From Candidatus Woesearchaeota archaeon (GTDB taxonomy: Archaea > Nanobdellota > Nanobdellia > Woesearchaeales > WAPJ01), in assembly GCA_047602885.1 (NCBI GenBank), contig JBLKOQ010000005.1, positions 1-50,056 of the forward strand: 50,056 nucleotides of DNA, given 5' to 3'. How positions within the stretch are numbered: position 1 is the stretch's first letter; each line of letters starts with the position of its first letter. The notes beneath the pieces were generated by a model. The model was not told the DNA's origin. It saw only the letters and a list, made by a program, of their open reading frames with translations, and did not search any database. Position numbers and translations under genes: made by a program. Shown in pieces: positions 10,010 to 19,967 of the stretch.

Positions 10010-11407
10010 ATGATAGTGGCATATATTGTTAATCCTGCAAAGGATAATCTTAGTTTGGAAGATACTGGTATTAAGGCTGCTGCTCTGGGGCATATGGTGA
10101 GGATAGGTCTTCCTGTCCCTCCTTTCAGGGTTCTTAGTACAGCTTTTTTTGAGAGGCACGCTGAAGATATTGGACTGCGCGATAAGATTAGTTTCCTAAG
10201 AGAGGAGATTAAGGACAATAGAGAGATTGCAAAGCACGTATCTAAGATTATTATAGAAAGCCATCTTTCCGAAAGTCTTGTAGGAGAATTGTCTAGTGCT
10301 ATTGAACAGTTGAAGAATGAGGGTATTGAGAGGATTGATAAGAGCTCATCTTATGTTATTAGGATTACTAAGCCTTATCTTTCGACTAAGGATTCTAGGG
10401 TTAGGCTTCATTTGCAAGGGCTAAAAGATATTGAAAGGGCTATTATTGATAGTTTTGCAGACTATTATAGCGAGGCTTCCATAGAAGAAAGGGTAAGTAA
10501 GGGAATAGATGCATTCTCTTTTAAGGTGCCTCTTATTATACAGGAGTTTGTAAAACCTGATGTTACTGGCATTATTATGAGTATGGGTAAGGATTCTCCC
10601 GACCAGTATTATATTGTTGCATGGAAAGGTTTTGGTTTTGAGATGAATTTTCATTTCTGTGACCATTATGTTGTTGACTATAAGGATATGCTGCTAAAAA
10701 GGTTCCTTAACAATAAGACTGGTGACGTAATGTTTTTTGACGAGTCCAAAAACAGTGTTACTAGAACCAGGATAGTCCATACTGAAGCCAGCCTTCCTTT
10801 CCTGAGCCATAATGATATAGTAGGATTGTGCGAGATATATTCTAAGCATAAAGACAATCTTGGAGGTCTCGGAATAGAGTTTAAGATTAGAAAAGGAGTT
10901 ATTATCATGGTTTCTTTAAAAGACGAGTCTGTATTGACCAAGGCTTCCAATGCTTTAGAAGACCTTAAAGAAATAGCAACTAAGAAGGACGCTGTAAAAG
11001 AGAGTGAGGTTGAAGAACCTAAAGCAGTTGAAGAAGCTGTGTCTAGCGATGATAGCATAGAATCTATAGAGAATAGTGAGGAAGATGCTATTGTAGATGA
11101 TGAAGAGACTCTTATGGAAGAGCCTACAAGTAGTGATAACATTGTGGTTGAGGATGATTATGAGCATAGGAGTCTTTCTGAAGAAGTCTCTCTTAACGTC
11201 AAGCCTCATTTTGTTATGGGCTCTCCTACTGATGACGCGCTAATGGTAGATGATGATAATATTACTGATGACAATACTACCGACTTATATGCTCATATTG
11301 ATGTTATTTGTGAAAAGTATATTGCTATTAATCCTAGTTTAGAGAAGGTTATTAGAATGCTTAAAGATGACATAAAATCTGCTATTTATAATAAGAAGGG
11401 TGGCTAA
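10010..11407 (+). CDS. PEP/pyruvate-binding (PPDK N-terminal) domain protein with acidic tail
   Basis: GIKAAALGHM..IGLPVPP, LIIQEFV, IEF; no phospho-His or TIM-barrel domain; GGAGG just upstream. Confidence 0.7.
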   Translation: MIVAYIVNPAKDNLSLEDTGIKAAALGHMVRIGLPVPPFRVLSTAFFERHAEDIGLRDKISFLREEIKDNREIAKHVSKIIIESHLSESLVGELSSAIEQLKNEGIERIDKSSSYVIRITKPYLSTKDSRVRLHLQGLKDIERAIIDSFADYYSEASIEERVSKGIDAFSFKVPLIIQEFVKPDVTGIIMSMGKDSPDQYYIVAWKGFGFEMNFHFCDHYVVDYKDMLLKRFLNNKTGDVMFFDESKNSVTRTRIVHTEASLPFLSHNDIVGLCEIYSKHKDNLGGLGIEFKIRKGVIIMVSLKDESVLTKASNALEDLKEIATKKDAVKESEVEEPKAVEEAVSSDDSIESIENSEEDAIVDDEETLMEEPTSSDNIVVEDDYEHRSLSEEVSLNVKPHFVMGSPTDDALMVDDDNITDDNTTDLYAHIDVICEKYIAINPSLEKVIRMLKDDIKSAIYNKKGG

Positions 11408-11409
11408 TT

Positions 11410-11751
11410 ATGTCTAAGACTAGGCCTGGACGCCCTCAAGTCTCTTTGATTAGGGATCGCTTGAGAGAAGTGTTAAGCGTTGTTGATAGGGCTACGGGTT
11501 ATGACCTGCATAAGATATATGTTAATGTTTATGGCAAGGTTACTATAAGAAGCATATATTATAATCTTCATACTGGCGTTCTTATAGGATATTTTGTAGT
11601 AGACAGTATTAAGCAAGAACAAGGAGAGTTTAGTTGGGGCACCGAAGTAGAAAAGAAGTATTATTCTGTAAGCGCTAAGGGCAAAAGAACTATTAGTGAT
11701 GATTTAAAGAAAAGAATAGTGTCTATTGCCGAACAAAGAATAAACAGATAA
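11410..11751 (+). CDS. Winged-helix hypothetical protein
   Basis: GRP..S.IR, GYDLHKIY, IRSIYYNL, EKKYY; 2-nt gap to the previous gene. Confidence 0.6.
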   Translation: MSKTRPGRPQVSLIRDRLREVLSVVDRATGYDLHKIYVNVYGKVTIRSIYYNLHTGVLIGYFVVDSIKQEQGEFSWGTEVEKKYYSVSAKGKRTISDDLKKRIVSIAEQRINR

Positions 11752-11760
11752 TTCGCATGC

Positions 11761-12279
11761 CTATTTCTTCCATTTGGCCCATACCATGTCATCCACGTAC
11801 TTTCCGTTCATATACTTGTTCTTATGGAGTGTTCCTTCATGCACATACCCTGCTTTTTCGAGTACTCTTGCTGATGCCTTATTATGAGTCCTGCACATTC
11901 CGGAAATTCTTATGAGCTTTAGCTCTTTGAAGCCATAGTCTGTTATGAGTTTGAGTGCTTTTGTTGCTATTCCTTTACCTCGAAAATCCTTATGTATCCC
12001 ATATCCTATGTTGGCTGAATGCTTGTATCTCGGATGATTGTTTAATTCTATGTTTATGAAGCCTGCAAACCTTCCTTCTACTATTATAGCAAACTTCTTG
12101 TTTATAGTCTTTCTGTCTTTTTTTCCTTTTAGTATCTCTTCTCTGGCCTCTCCTATCGTCTTGGGTACTGATGTGAAGTTGGCTTTAGCATCATCATCCT
12201 GGTGACACTCCAAGTATCCTTTAGCATCCGTTACTCTAATAGGCCTAAGTAAGAATTCTTTTGTTTTTATTAGTGTCAT
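11761..12279 (-). CDS. RimJ/RimL-type GNAT acetyltransferase
   Basis: IGYGIHKDFRGKGIAT, NKASARVLEKAG..EG. Confidence 0.92.
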   Translation of the reverse strand: MTLIKTKEFLLRPIRVTDAKGYLECHQDDDAKANFTSVPKTIGEAREEILKGKKDRKTINKKFAIIVEGRFAGFINIELNNHPRYKHSANIGYGIHKDFRGKGIATKALKLITDYGFKELKLIRISGMCRTHNKASARVLEKAGYVHEGTLHKNKYMNGKYVDDMVWAKWKK

Positions 12280-12375
12280 ACATTACAATTATGTAATCAC
12301 TTATATAAATATATTATTGATGATTATGTCCTAGTTAAACAATATCTTTATTAAAAGAAGCAACATATTTATAGC

Positions 12376-12912
12376 ATGCAACTAAAACGTTTACGGCCAG
12401 AACAGATTATTACATTGAAGGACTACCCATTGTATAATCAGCATATTCTTAAGATATATTTTAGGGTTTTTTCTAAATGTCATGGCAATATACTGCCTCC
12501 TTGTCCTGTTATTCACAAATCATCAGGAATCCCGTTTTCTATAGACAATGATGTTAAGTCAATAAGGCAGAATGCCCTGTTAAGCAGATTTATGGAGAAT
12601 AATCCAAAGGCAGAATATTTTCTTTTGGATGGAAGCCATAAGACAACGGCAGCATGCTTGTCTAGAAAAACGATACCTGTGCTTGTAATTGAAAAAGATG
12701 AGGATTTAGAAGAAGCAAAGAAACTAACTGATAAAGGTGAATTGTTCGGCTGGTATTCCATAGAAAATTCTGTTGAGGAGGCTGTTAGCGTATTATCCAA
12801 GCATCATTCGAACACAAAGATTTTTATGACTGTAAAAGACAAGACAAACCTCCTTGTAAAGAATAAGGATGTTCCTGACTACATAATATCGTATTACAAG
12901 AAGCATAAATGA
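12376..12912 (+). CDS. Hypothetical protein, possible ParB/Srx-like fold
   Basis: PPCPV...YFLLDGSHKTTAA..IPVLV. Confidence 0.5.
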   Translation: MQLKRLRPEQIITLKDYPLYNQHILKIYFRVFSKCHGNILPPCPVIHKSSGIPFSIDNDVKSIRQNALLSRFMENNPKAEYFLLDGSHKTTAACLSRKTIPVLVIEKDEDLEEAKKLTDKGELFGWYSIENSVEEAVSVLSKHHSNTKIFMTVKDKTNLLVKNKDVPDYIISYYKKHK

Positions 12913-12956
12913 ATTCACAAAACTGTGTTTTCAGCATAATGATTAACAATTTGTAT

Positions 12957-13910
12957 TCAACCAAATATTCTCTTGTAAAACTCTTGTCTTCCTATTGTAT
13001 CTAGTTCGTCTAGTATTCTGGATAATATGACGAACAAGTCCTTGCCTTTCCAGTCATCGTACATGAGCCATGACATTATCATCAGCGCGTGAAATTGCAG
13101 TGCATCGTACAAGTGCTTTTTTTCTAGTGATGATAATGGCCTGTACTTGTCATACATCCTGATTATCTGTCTTGCTTTTTTGTAATCGAATTCTTTGACG
13201 TAAAACCTTGTCCAGTATAAGAGTACAGCTCCCAAATCATATATTAGAAATGTGTATGTTGCATCGTCAAAGTCGAGGATTCCTGTAAGCTTGTCATGCT
13301 TGAATTTTATGTTTGACTTGTCAAAATCCCCATGAATAATGCCTTTAGGTAGCCTATTAGGCAATGTTATCCTTTCAAGCCTTCCCTTTATGATGCTTAG
13401 TCTTTTTTTGCCCTCTGATTTGTTTTTGAACCTTTTTGCCTCTATTTTTGCAGCTTCCATGCAGAATTCTTTGGTTCGCGGCTCTCTAATCTCGTAGTAT
13501 GGCAGTTTGAGTCCTTTAGTGATTTTATGAAGCAATGCCAGATGCTTTATCATCTGATACATCTGCTTACTGTTTAGTCTCTTATGATGCCTGCCTTCAA
13601 TATATGTGAATATGATGAATGGCTTTTTCTTGTAAAAACCTATTACATTTCCATTCTTATCTTGTATTGGCGCAGCGCACGGATAGTTTTGTGCTCTGAG
13701 ATGCTCAAGTAATTCTGCTTCAAAAGATACGCTTTCTTTTGATCTGTTCTCATAATATCTGAGTACATATTTTCCTTTACGGGTAATCATAAGAATATTT
13801 GTCTGTACATATCCTGCCTTGAATGGCTTAGTCCTAACTAAGTCACCGATGTTATATTGAGAGACTATCTTCCTTAACGTATCTTCCTGAAATGTAGTCT
13901 TAACAGCCAT
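12957..13910 (-). CDS. Homoserine kinase type II / aminoglycoside phosphotransferase family
   Basis: MAVKT start, LALLH, GIIHGDF..N, ILDFD. Confidence 0.88.
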   Translation of the reverse strand: MAVKTTFQEDTLRKIVSQYNIGDLVRTKPFKAGYVQTNILMITRKGKYVLRYYENRSKESVSFEAELLEHLRAQNYPCAAPIQDKNGNVIGFYKKKPFIIFTYIEGRHHKRLNSKQMYQMIKHLALLHKITKGLKLPYYEIREPRTKEFCMEAAKIEAKRFKNKSEGKKRLSIIKGRLERITLPNRLPKGIIHGDFDKSNIKFKHDKLTGILDFDDATYTFLIYDLGAVLLYWTRFYVKEFDYKKARQIIRMYDKYRPLSSLEKKHLYDALQFHALMIMSWLMYDDWKGKDLFVILSRILDELDTIGRQEFYKRIFG

Positions 13911-14015
13911 TAACAAACTAAAGTCTATGGGTATATAAACATTTTTCAAAGAATCATTGACATTGTAAGGCGAGTATACAGAAATCTTATAAACTGCATT
14001 AAACCCTTGTTTATT

Positions 14016-14510
14016 ATGAGTTTTTATTTAATAATAAGAGGGCCTTTGGGATGCGGAAAGTCTACAATATCAGAAAAGCTGGCTGTAATATTGAATGCTA
14101 AACATTTTTCTGTTGACAAAGTTCTTGAAGAAAATAATTTAGAAGATGAAAAGGAAGAGGGTTACATCTCGCAAAAAAGTTTTAGGAGGGCAAATGAGAT
14201 TATCGCTCCTATTGCAACCAAAATTCTTGATAGTAATAAACCAGTAATCTTTGATGGTAATTTCTATTGGAAGTCCCAGATTGAGGACTTAATATCAAGA
14301 ATGAGTTTTCCTCATTATGTCTTTACTCTTAAAGCACCATTAGATGTATGTATAGAAAGGGATAAGAACAGGGTTAATCCTCATGGGGAGGGTGCTGCAA
14401 TAGTAGTTTATAAGAAGACTGTTGAATTTGATTATGGTATTATTATTGACATTAATAGGCCACTAGACGATTGTATTAATGATATGCTCTCCTATTTGGA
14501 GAAAGATTAG
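14016..14510 (+). CDS. P-loop nucleotide kinase (AAA_33-like)
   Basis: GPLGCGKST, VIFDG, APLDVCIERDKNR. Confidence 0.85.
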   Translation: MSFYLIIRGPLGCGKSTISEKLAVILNAKHFSVDKVLEENNLEDEKEEGYISQKSFRRANEIIAPIATKILDSNKPVIFDGNFYWKSQIEDLISRMSFPHYVFTLKAPLDVCIERDKNRVNPHGEGAAIVVYKKTVEFDYGIIIDINRPLDDCINDMLSYLEKD

Positions 14511-15232
14511 TCTCGTTTATTATTTTCTTCCAATCCCTTGCTTATCTCATTCAATAGTCCTAGTATTGCTTTTGCGTGCATATCTTTTAACATTGGGTTG
14601 CTCAGTATTCTCCTCCAAACAATCAGATGCGTTCTTTCTCTTTTCGTAATGTAAGTATTGTTTTTCCTGCTTGCCTGCTCGTATATCATTCTTATTTCTT
14701 CTATTATTCTCTCCTTGTTATCTATACTTATCGTTTCATTATTCCTTTCTGTTTTTACTCTTGATATGCTATGCAGTATTATTGCTGCTGCATGGCTTAG
14801 GTTTAGTGCGTTCTGTTCTTCTGATGTTTCTATTCTTAGGCTTAGGTCGCAAAGTCCCAGCTCTTCGTTTGTCAGTCCCCTGTCCTCTCTTCCAAAGACT
14901 ATTCCAATCCTGCCATTATTCTTTTTTGCAATCGCTTCTAGTTCTTCCAATCTGATATGTTCTTTTCCGTAATTCCTGCCCAGCGATTGTTTTGCTGTTG
15001 TTCCTATAAGAAGATCATGATGCTTCCTAACCTCACTTAAATTATCATACACCTGAATATTGTCTATTATTCTTGTGCCTCCCCTGGATATTTCTGGTCT
15101 GATATCCTTAATGTTCAGCAGCGGATTAATGAGTATTAGTTCTTGAAAGCCGAATGATGCCATTATCCTTGCTATTGCAGCAACGTTATCTGGCTGTTGT
15201 GGCTGTACTATTATTATGCTAATATTGTTCAT
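14507..15232 (-). CDS. trmJ: SPOUT tRNA methyltransferase, TrmJ family
   Basis: PQQPDNVAAIARIM, VFGREDRGLTNEEL, LNLSHAAAI. Confidence 0.85.
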   Translation of the reverse strand: MNNISIIIVQPQQPDNVAAIARIMASFGFQELILINPLLNIKDIRPEISRGGTRIIDNIQVYDNLSEVRKHHDLLIGTTAKQSLGRNYGKEHIRLEELEAIAKKNNGRIGIVFGREDRGLTNEELGLCDLSLRIETSEEQNALNLSHAAAIILHSISRVKTERNNETISIDNKERIIEEIRMIYEQASRKNNTYITKRERTHLIVWRRILSNPMLKDMHAKAILGLLNEISKGLEENNKRD

Positions 15233-15279
15233 CCGTTTAGTCTGTTAATGCTGTTTAAGTATTATTGTAATAAAAATAA

Positions 15280-15850
15280 TTATAGTTTTTTCCAGAAGTA
15301 TTCTGCTATTCTTGTTATATCTGCATGCATATCCTCAATCGGGTATATTGGTCTTATTTTTAGACGCACGCGTGTAAGATTATCTTTATTCAGAGTGTCT
15401 GCAGCAGTAATATCCCAATTTATAGGGTTTCTTTGATTATATCCTAATACCTCAGTTTCAAGTCTTCTAGATTTATGATCATCTATCTGCATTTCAACCC
15501 AGGGCGATTCATCCAAATGCACATAATAAGTAGGGGCTCTTGAATTAGGGTTTACTCGAGCATGGTCTTTTTCTATTATAAGACTATGTGCGGTTTCTTC
15601 CACTATTCTTGATATACCATTATCATTATTCATTATTCATTATTCTATTCTTATGGAATGCTATTGGGTGGCCTTCACAAGAAGATGTAGTTTCATACCC
15701 TCTTAAGTTTAGAACATAAAGCAATGGCTTTATTTTTTGATCAATTACAGTACCCACACCATCAGTCATTCTGTCAAGATCTATGCCTTTGGCTTTTAGC
15801 GTTTTATCAAGTTCATTGAAATTAACCATTCTTTTAGTATAAAAACTCAC
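15280..15850 (-). pseudogene. Single gene (SCEGH-motif, remotely Tyw3-like) split by a 7-bp repeat expansion
   Basis: ORFs 15626-15850 and 15280-15633 fuse in frame if one of three GAATAAT units (15625-15645) is removed; IDQKIKPLLYVLNLRGYETTSSCEGH...PWV. Confidence 0.6.
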
Positions 15851-16021
15851 AATATAAACATTTCCCTATTTCCTCACTCTATAGTAGTTTTTTACAGCAT
15901 AATATTATTGATACAAGAAATATTTTATTATCGTCTAAGAAATTAATTTATTTTATTCTACTGAATTGAAGCATAGACTGAACAATAGAAACTATACTTA
16001 GCATGGAAGAACCGAGGATTG

Positions 16022-17233
16022 CTAGTGGATAATTGGCAGATCTTGTTTTCTTGGCAACCTATAGATTAATATTACTCCAGGTATAACAAATATGGCTGCA
16101 ATGCTTATTGTTAATGCGCCTCCCAAATTATCCACCAATAGACCTGATAATAGCATTCCTACTAGTAAACCTGCATTTTCTATCATAGCCTTTATAGAGT
16201 TTACTGTGGCTCTTTGCGCACTAGGCGTATGCTCGTTATACAGTTTCTCTTCTACAGGCTCATAGAAATCATTAATTATAATGTAAAGTATTACTAGTAT
16301 TGCTATAAATACAATATTTAAAGAAGCTACTGCTATACCATATAATACTGCTAATAGTGAATAGCAGATAACCAAATAATCTTTTGAATTCTTGAATTTT
16401 TTTGATATATTCATTCCTAAGCGAGGAGTGTATAAACCTAATACTGTAGCAATCAAGAATAGAATACCCCACCATTCTAAAGGTATTCCTGCTTGCACTT
16501 TTATATCTTGTATAGCCACCGATTCAGCAAGATAAGCTGCAAAAAAAGTGAAAAAACTAGCGATAGACAAGATGCGTATAAAGCTATTATTACGAAATAT
16601 TGATATTGCATTATTGAATGTTGATAAGGTAGCTTTTATAGTGCTTACTTGACTTGGTTTAATGAATTTTTCTTTAGCAAACATGAATAGGATTACTGCC
16701 AAAATAAGAGTAAAAGAAGCTCTAATAAACCAAAGCATTTGATTGTCTGAATATATTAAGACTGCTGAAGAAGTAATGCTTGCTATTATCATTCCCGCAT
16801 TATAAAACATCCTGCTTTTCGAATAGTACTGGTCTAATAGTTTTTCTTTACTTGTTTGTATCAGAGAGTCTATTGCCCATGCCTTATCCGATCCGGAAGC
16901 TAGTGTTGTAGAAACTCCCCATAATCCGAAAAGAGCGAATAAGCTCCAAAAAGAGTTCGTTATGGCTATAAGGAATATTATTATTGAATCTAAAAATAAG
17001 CTAATTAATACTGACCTCTTCCTTCCGAAAGTATCTGCTATGGAACCTGTTATCAGTTCAAACATTACTTGTATTAAGGATGTAAATGCCACTAGTATTG
17101 CTCCTTGAGTATAGCTTAATCCTTTATCTGTAAAAAAGATAAATAAAGTGATAGTTGTAAGGAATAGGACTCCTCTCATGAAGCTATAAAAATAGAATGG
17201 CCAAAGACTATTAATCTCTTCCTTCGATAACAT
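16022..17233 (-). CDS. MFS transporter
   Basis: About 12 TM helices; FELITGSIADTFGRKRS motif A. Confidence 0.9.
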   Translation of the reverse strand: MLSKEEINSLWPFYFYSFMRGVLFLTTITLFIFFTDKGLSYTQGAILVAFTSLIQVMFELITGSIADTFGRKRSVLISLFLDSIIIFLIAITNSFWSLFALFGLWGVSTTLASGSDKAWAIDSLIQTSKEKLLDQYYSKSRMFYNAGMIIASITSSAVLIYSDNQMLWFIRASFTLILAVILFMFAKEKFIKPSQVSTIKATLSTFNNAISIFRNNSFIRILSIASFFTFFAAYLAESVAIQDIKVQAGIPLEWWGILFLIATVLGLYTPRLGMNISKKFKNSKDYLVICYSLLAVLYGIAVASLNIVFIAILVILYIIINDFYEPVEEKLYNEHTPSAQRATVNSIKAMIENAGLLVGMLLSGLLVDNLGGALTISIAAIFVIPGVILIYRLPRKQDLPIIH

Positions 17234-17415
17234 ATTTAAATAAACTATTGATTATTAATAAACATGTCGTTAGCTAGAATAGTACGTTTCTGCCGATTAG
17301 AGTAATCTTGAAGAACATAATATCGAATAAACCCGTTATCGGTTTTTAGGACTGGTGCGTAACAGCAAAAAGCATAATCTCAATCATAGAAACTTTTATA
17401 AACGATTCCAATATA

Positions 17416-17880
17416 GTGAATAGTATACCTGATTCGCATTTTGGGGGATGCGTGACTGGGAGTGATAGTATGGTAAAAGGAAAGAAAGACTCATCCCCTA
17501 AAGAAAACGCCGAATATGATAATAAGCCTCGCATGCTTAGCATGGAAGAGCTTAGGATTATTAGTGATATGGTCATGAATTCTTTAAGAGAAGACCTTAA
17601 CAAGATAGGGCTTAATACCAAAGAAGACTCTTATGATGATGAGGCTTTATATGAGGATGCTTCGGATGATGATAACATGAGTTTTCCTGCGCATAAGGTT
17701 CAGGAGAGGTTTTATGCCGTTAATGATCCTACAGAGTGTCCTATATGCGGCTCTAAGATACTAAACTTTGGTCATTATCATCTCGAGTTCGGCTCTAATA
17801 TCAGAAAGAAGGCTTCTTTTTGTGGGATAGACTGTTTGCAACAGTTCATTACAGAGCTTTCTTATTCCAAAGGTTTTTAA
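17416..17880 (+). CDS. Hypothetical zinc-ribbon protein (start probably about 17470)
   Basis: CPICG...FCGIDC. Confidence 0.6.
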   Translation: MNSIPDSHFGGCVTGSDSMVKGKKDSSPKENAEYDNKPRMLSMEELRIISDMVMNSLREDLNKIGLNTKEDSYDDEALYEDASDDDNMSFPAHKVQERFYAVNDPTECPICGSKILNFGHYHLEFGSNIRKKASFCGIDCLQQFITELSYSKGF

Positions 17881-17889
17881 TAGTTCCTT

Positions 17890-18477
17890 ATGCCTCGCAT
17901 TATTATGTCAGGCTTTTTGTATGCTATAAGAGTGCCTAAGGAGAGGATTCCTGTGATCATAGGTACTTCCGGGACTACTAAGAACATGCTACAGGAAACA
18001 TTAGGAGTCTCACTGGATATTGACAGTGAGGAAGGCGACATTCAGATTACTGGTGAAGACGCTCTAAAACTATTTGTAGCAAGGGAAGTTATTAAGGCTA
18101 TAGGCCGAGGGTTTAATCCTGATATTGCTTTAGACTTACAAAAACAGGATTTTGCTCTGGAGATTATTGAACTCAAAGACTATGCTAATACCAGGAAGGC
18201 TTTGCTTAGAAAGAGAGGTCGTGTTATAGGAGAGAAGGGCAGGGCAAGGTCAACTATAGAAAACCTTACCGATACTAAGATTAGTGTTTATGGAAAGACT
18301 ATAGGTATTATAGGAAGGGTTGAGGATGCCAATGCTGCTAGAAGAGCAGTAGAAGCTTTGCTTGAAGAAGCTACTCATGCAGGAGTCTATAAGACTTTAG
18401 AAAAGCATAGGGCTGAACAACGAAAGAAAGAGGCATTGTGGATCAGAGAAGATATTCCTGAAGAGCTGAAAGATTAA
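17890..18477 (+). CDS. KH-domain rRNA-processing protein (Dim2/Pno1 family)
   Basis: IIGTSG, KAIGRGF, GRVIGEKG, ISVYGKTI, HAGVY. Confidence 0.92.
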   Translation: MPRIIMSGFLYAIRVPKERIPVIIGTSGTTKNMLQETLGVSLDIDSEEGDIQITGEDALKLFVAREVIKAIGRGFNPDIALDLQKQDFALEIIELKDYANTRKALLRKRGRVIGEKGRARSTIENLTDTKISVYGKTIGIIGRVEDANAARRAVEALLEEATHAGVYKTLEKHRAEQRKKEALWIREDIPEELKD

Positions 18478-18544
18478 TATTTCTAATTATTATAATATTT
18501 CGGAAATTATTCGATAATAGCTTATTAAAAAATATGAAGATGAA

Positions 18545-19102
18545 ATGTTATGCATCTATATGGAAAATCATACATTAAGCATAAAAGAAAGGATAATAAT
18601 ATTTGTTGATGCTAGAAACATTATTAGTTCACAAAAGAATTATAATATACTAAATAAAAAAAGTGTTATTGTAGGGTATCCTGAGCTCATAGATTATTTT
18701 TCGAAGGATAATTCGTTCATAAGAGGATATTATTATGATAGTGCACCTCATAAGAATCATCTTACTAAAGAAAGGAAAAAATTCTTTGCTTTTCTTAGAA
18801 ATAATGGATTTACACTAAGATTAAAAGAATTGGATTTTAATAATAATCATGTATCTCAAAAGGGTGTTGACATCTTTTTAACTGCAGACATGATTAGTCT
18901 AGCTTATGAAAACGCTTATGATATTGCATTGATAGTAAGTGGTGACGGAGACTATGTTGCCTTAATAGATCTAGTTAAGTCTAAAGGAAAGAAAGTGTGG
19001 GTTCTTTCTTTTAAATCATCACTCTCTGATAAACTTAGAGACTGTGCAGACAAAGTATTTGTTATAGATAATATGATTGGCACTTTGCAAAAGAGAGCTT
19101 GA
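18545..19102 (+). CDS. NYN-domain (LabA/DUF88) ribonuclease
   Basis: IFVDARN, QKGVDI, SGDGDY, LRDCAD. Confidence 0.92.
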   Translation: MLCIYMENHTLSIKERIIIFVDARNIISSQKNYNILNKKSVIVGYPELIDYFSKDNSFIRGYYYDSAPHKNHLTKERKKFFAFLRNNGFTLRLKELDFNNNHVSQKGVDIFLTADMISLAYENAYDIALIVSGDGDYVALIDLVKSKGKKVWVLSFKSSLSDKLRDCADKVFVIDNMIGTLQKRA

Positions 19103-19323
19103 TTTGAATGAGTATATAAGGAATAACTAGATTATTCGACTTTAACATAGAAAAGCTTATAATCAACCATACATACATTCATAGTACGGTTATAACTGGT
19201 ATTGTGCTCCTGGGGTCGTCCCAGTACAGGCAATGCCCATGGTTCATAATGACACTTATTCTGATATCCTCTACAGAGCAATTCAAACCGACAGTTTTAT
19301 ATTATTCTAAAACATACTTCTAT

Positions 19324-19860
19324 ATGGCAAGCAAAGAAATATACAAAACAAACACAGTTTCTATACAACAGGGCAAAAATGACTTTAGTGTGGTTTATGA
19401 GACTCAGTATCTCAAAAGTGTACCATATTCTGTGAAGGGCAGTCTGCAAGTATTGTGTTCTAAACCTGAAGAAATCATCCATCATTTTAGCAATGGCACT
19501 TACCTTCATAGCACAATTATCCCTGGTAGTGAATTATATAATCGTGTTGTTGTTCCTGAAGGTTATACGTTATGCAACATTGTTATGGATTCGGAACATT
19601 ATCCTATACCTAGTGATACTTCTAAAGAAGACGTCACGCGAGGTATGGGATCTTTTTTCATTCTTTCATTAAAAGAGAATGAAGCTAAGGCAGAAGCGCA
19701 TATGAATGAAGCAAAAAATAACAGTCCTCTACATAAGACTAGTGTAGGAGGAATTAATGTCCTGGTTAAAGAAGTACAGATACCTGAAAATATCAAAAGA
19801 GAAATAAGAAGTCTTAATGATTATGAACTGCGTAAGCTTTTCGGAGATTACATACTATAG
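19324..19860 (+). CDS. Hypothetical protein
   Basis: Open frame; start set at ATG 19324; no recognisable motif. Confidence 0.55.
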   Translation: MASKEIYKTNTVSIQQGKNDFSVVYETQYLKSVPYSVKGSLQVLCSKPEEIIHHFSNGTYLHSTIIPGSELYNRVVVPEGYTLCNIVMDSEHYPIPSDTSKEDVTRGMGSFFILSLKENEAKAEAHMNEAKNNSPLHKTSVGGINVLVKEVQIPENIKREIRSLNDYELRKLFGDYIL

Positions 19861-19967
19861 TTAGCTACGTGCTACATGCAACAAATATTACTATTTATTA
19901 GCAGAAATCCCATTATATAGTAGCAACTAATAGCAATTCTTTTATATTCATCGTGTATTCTTTGAGT

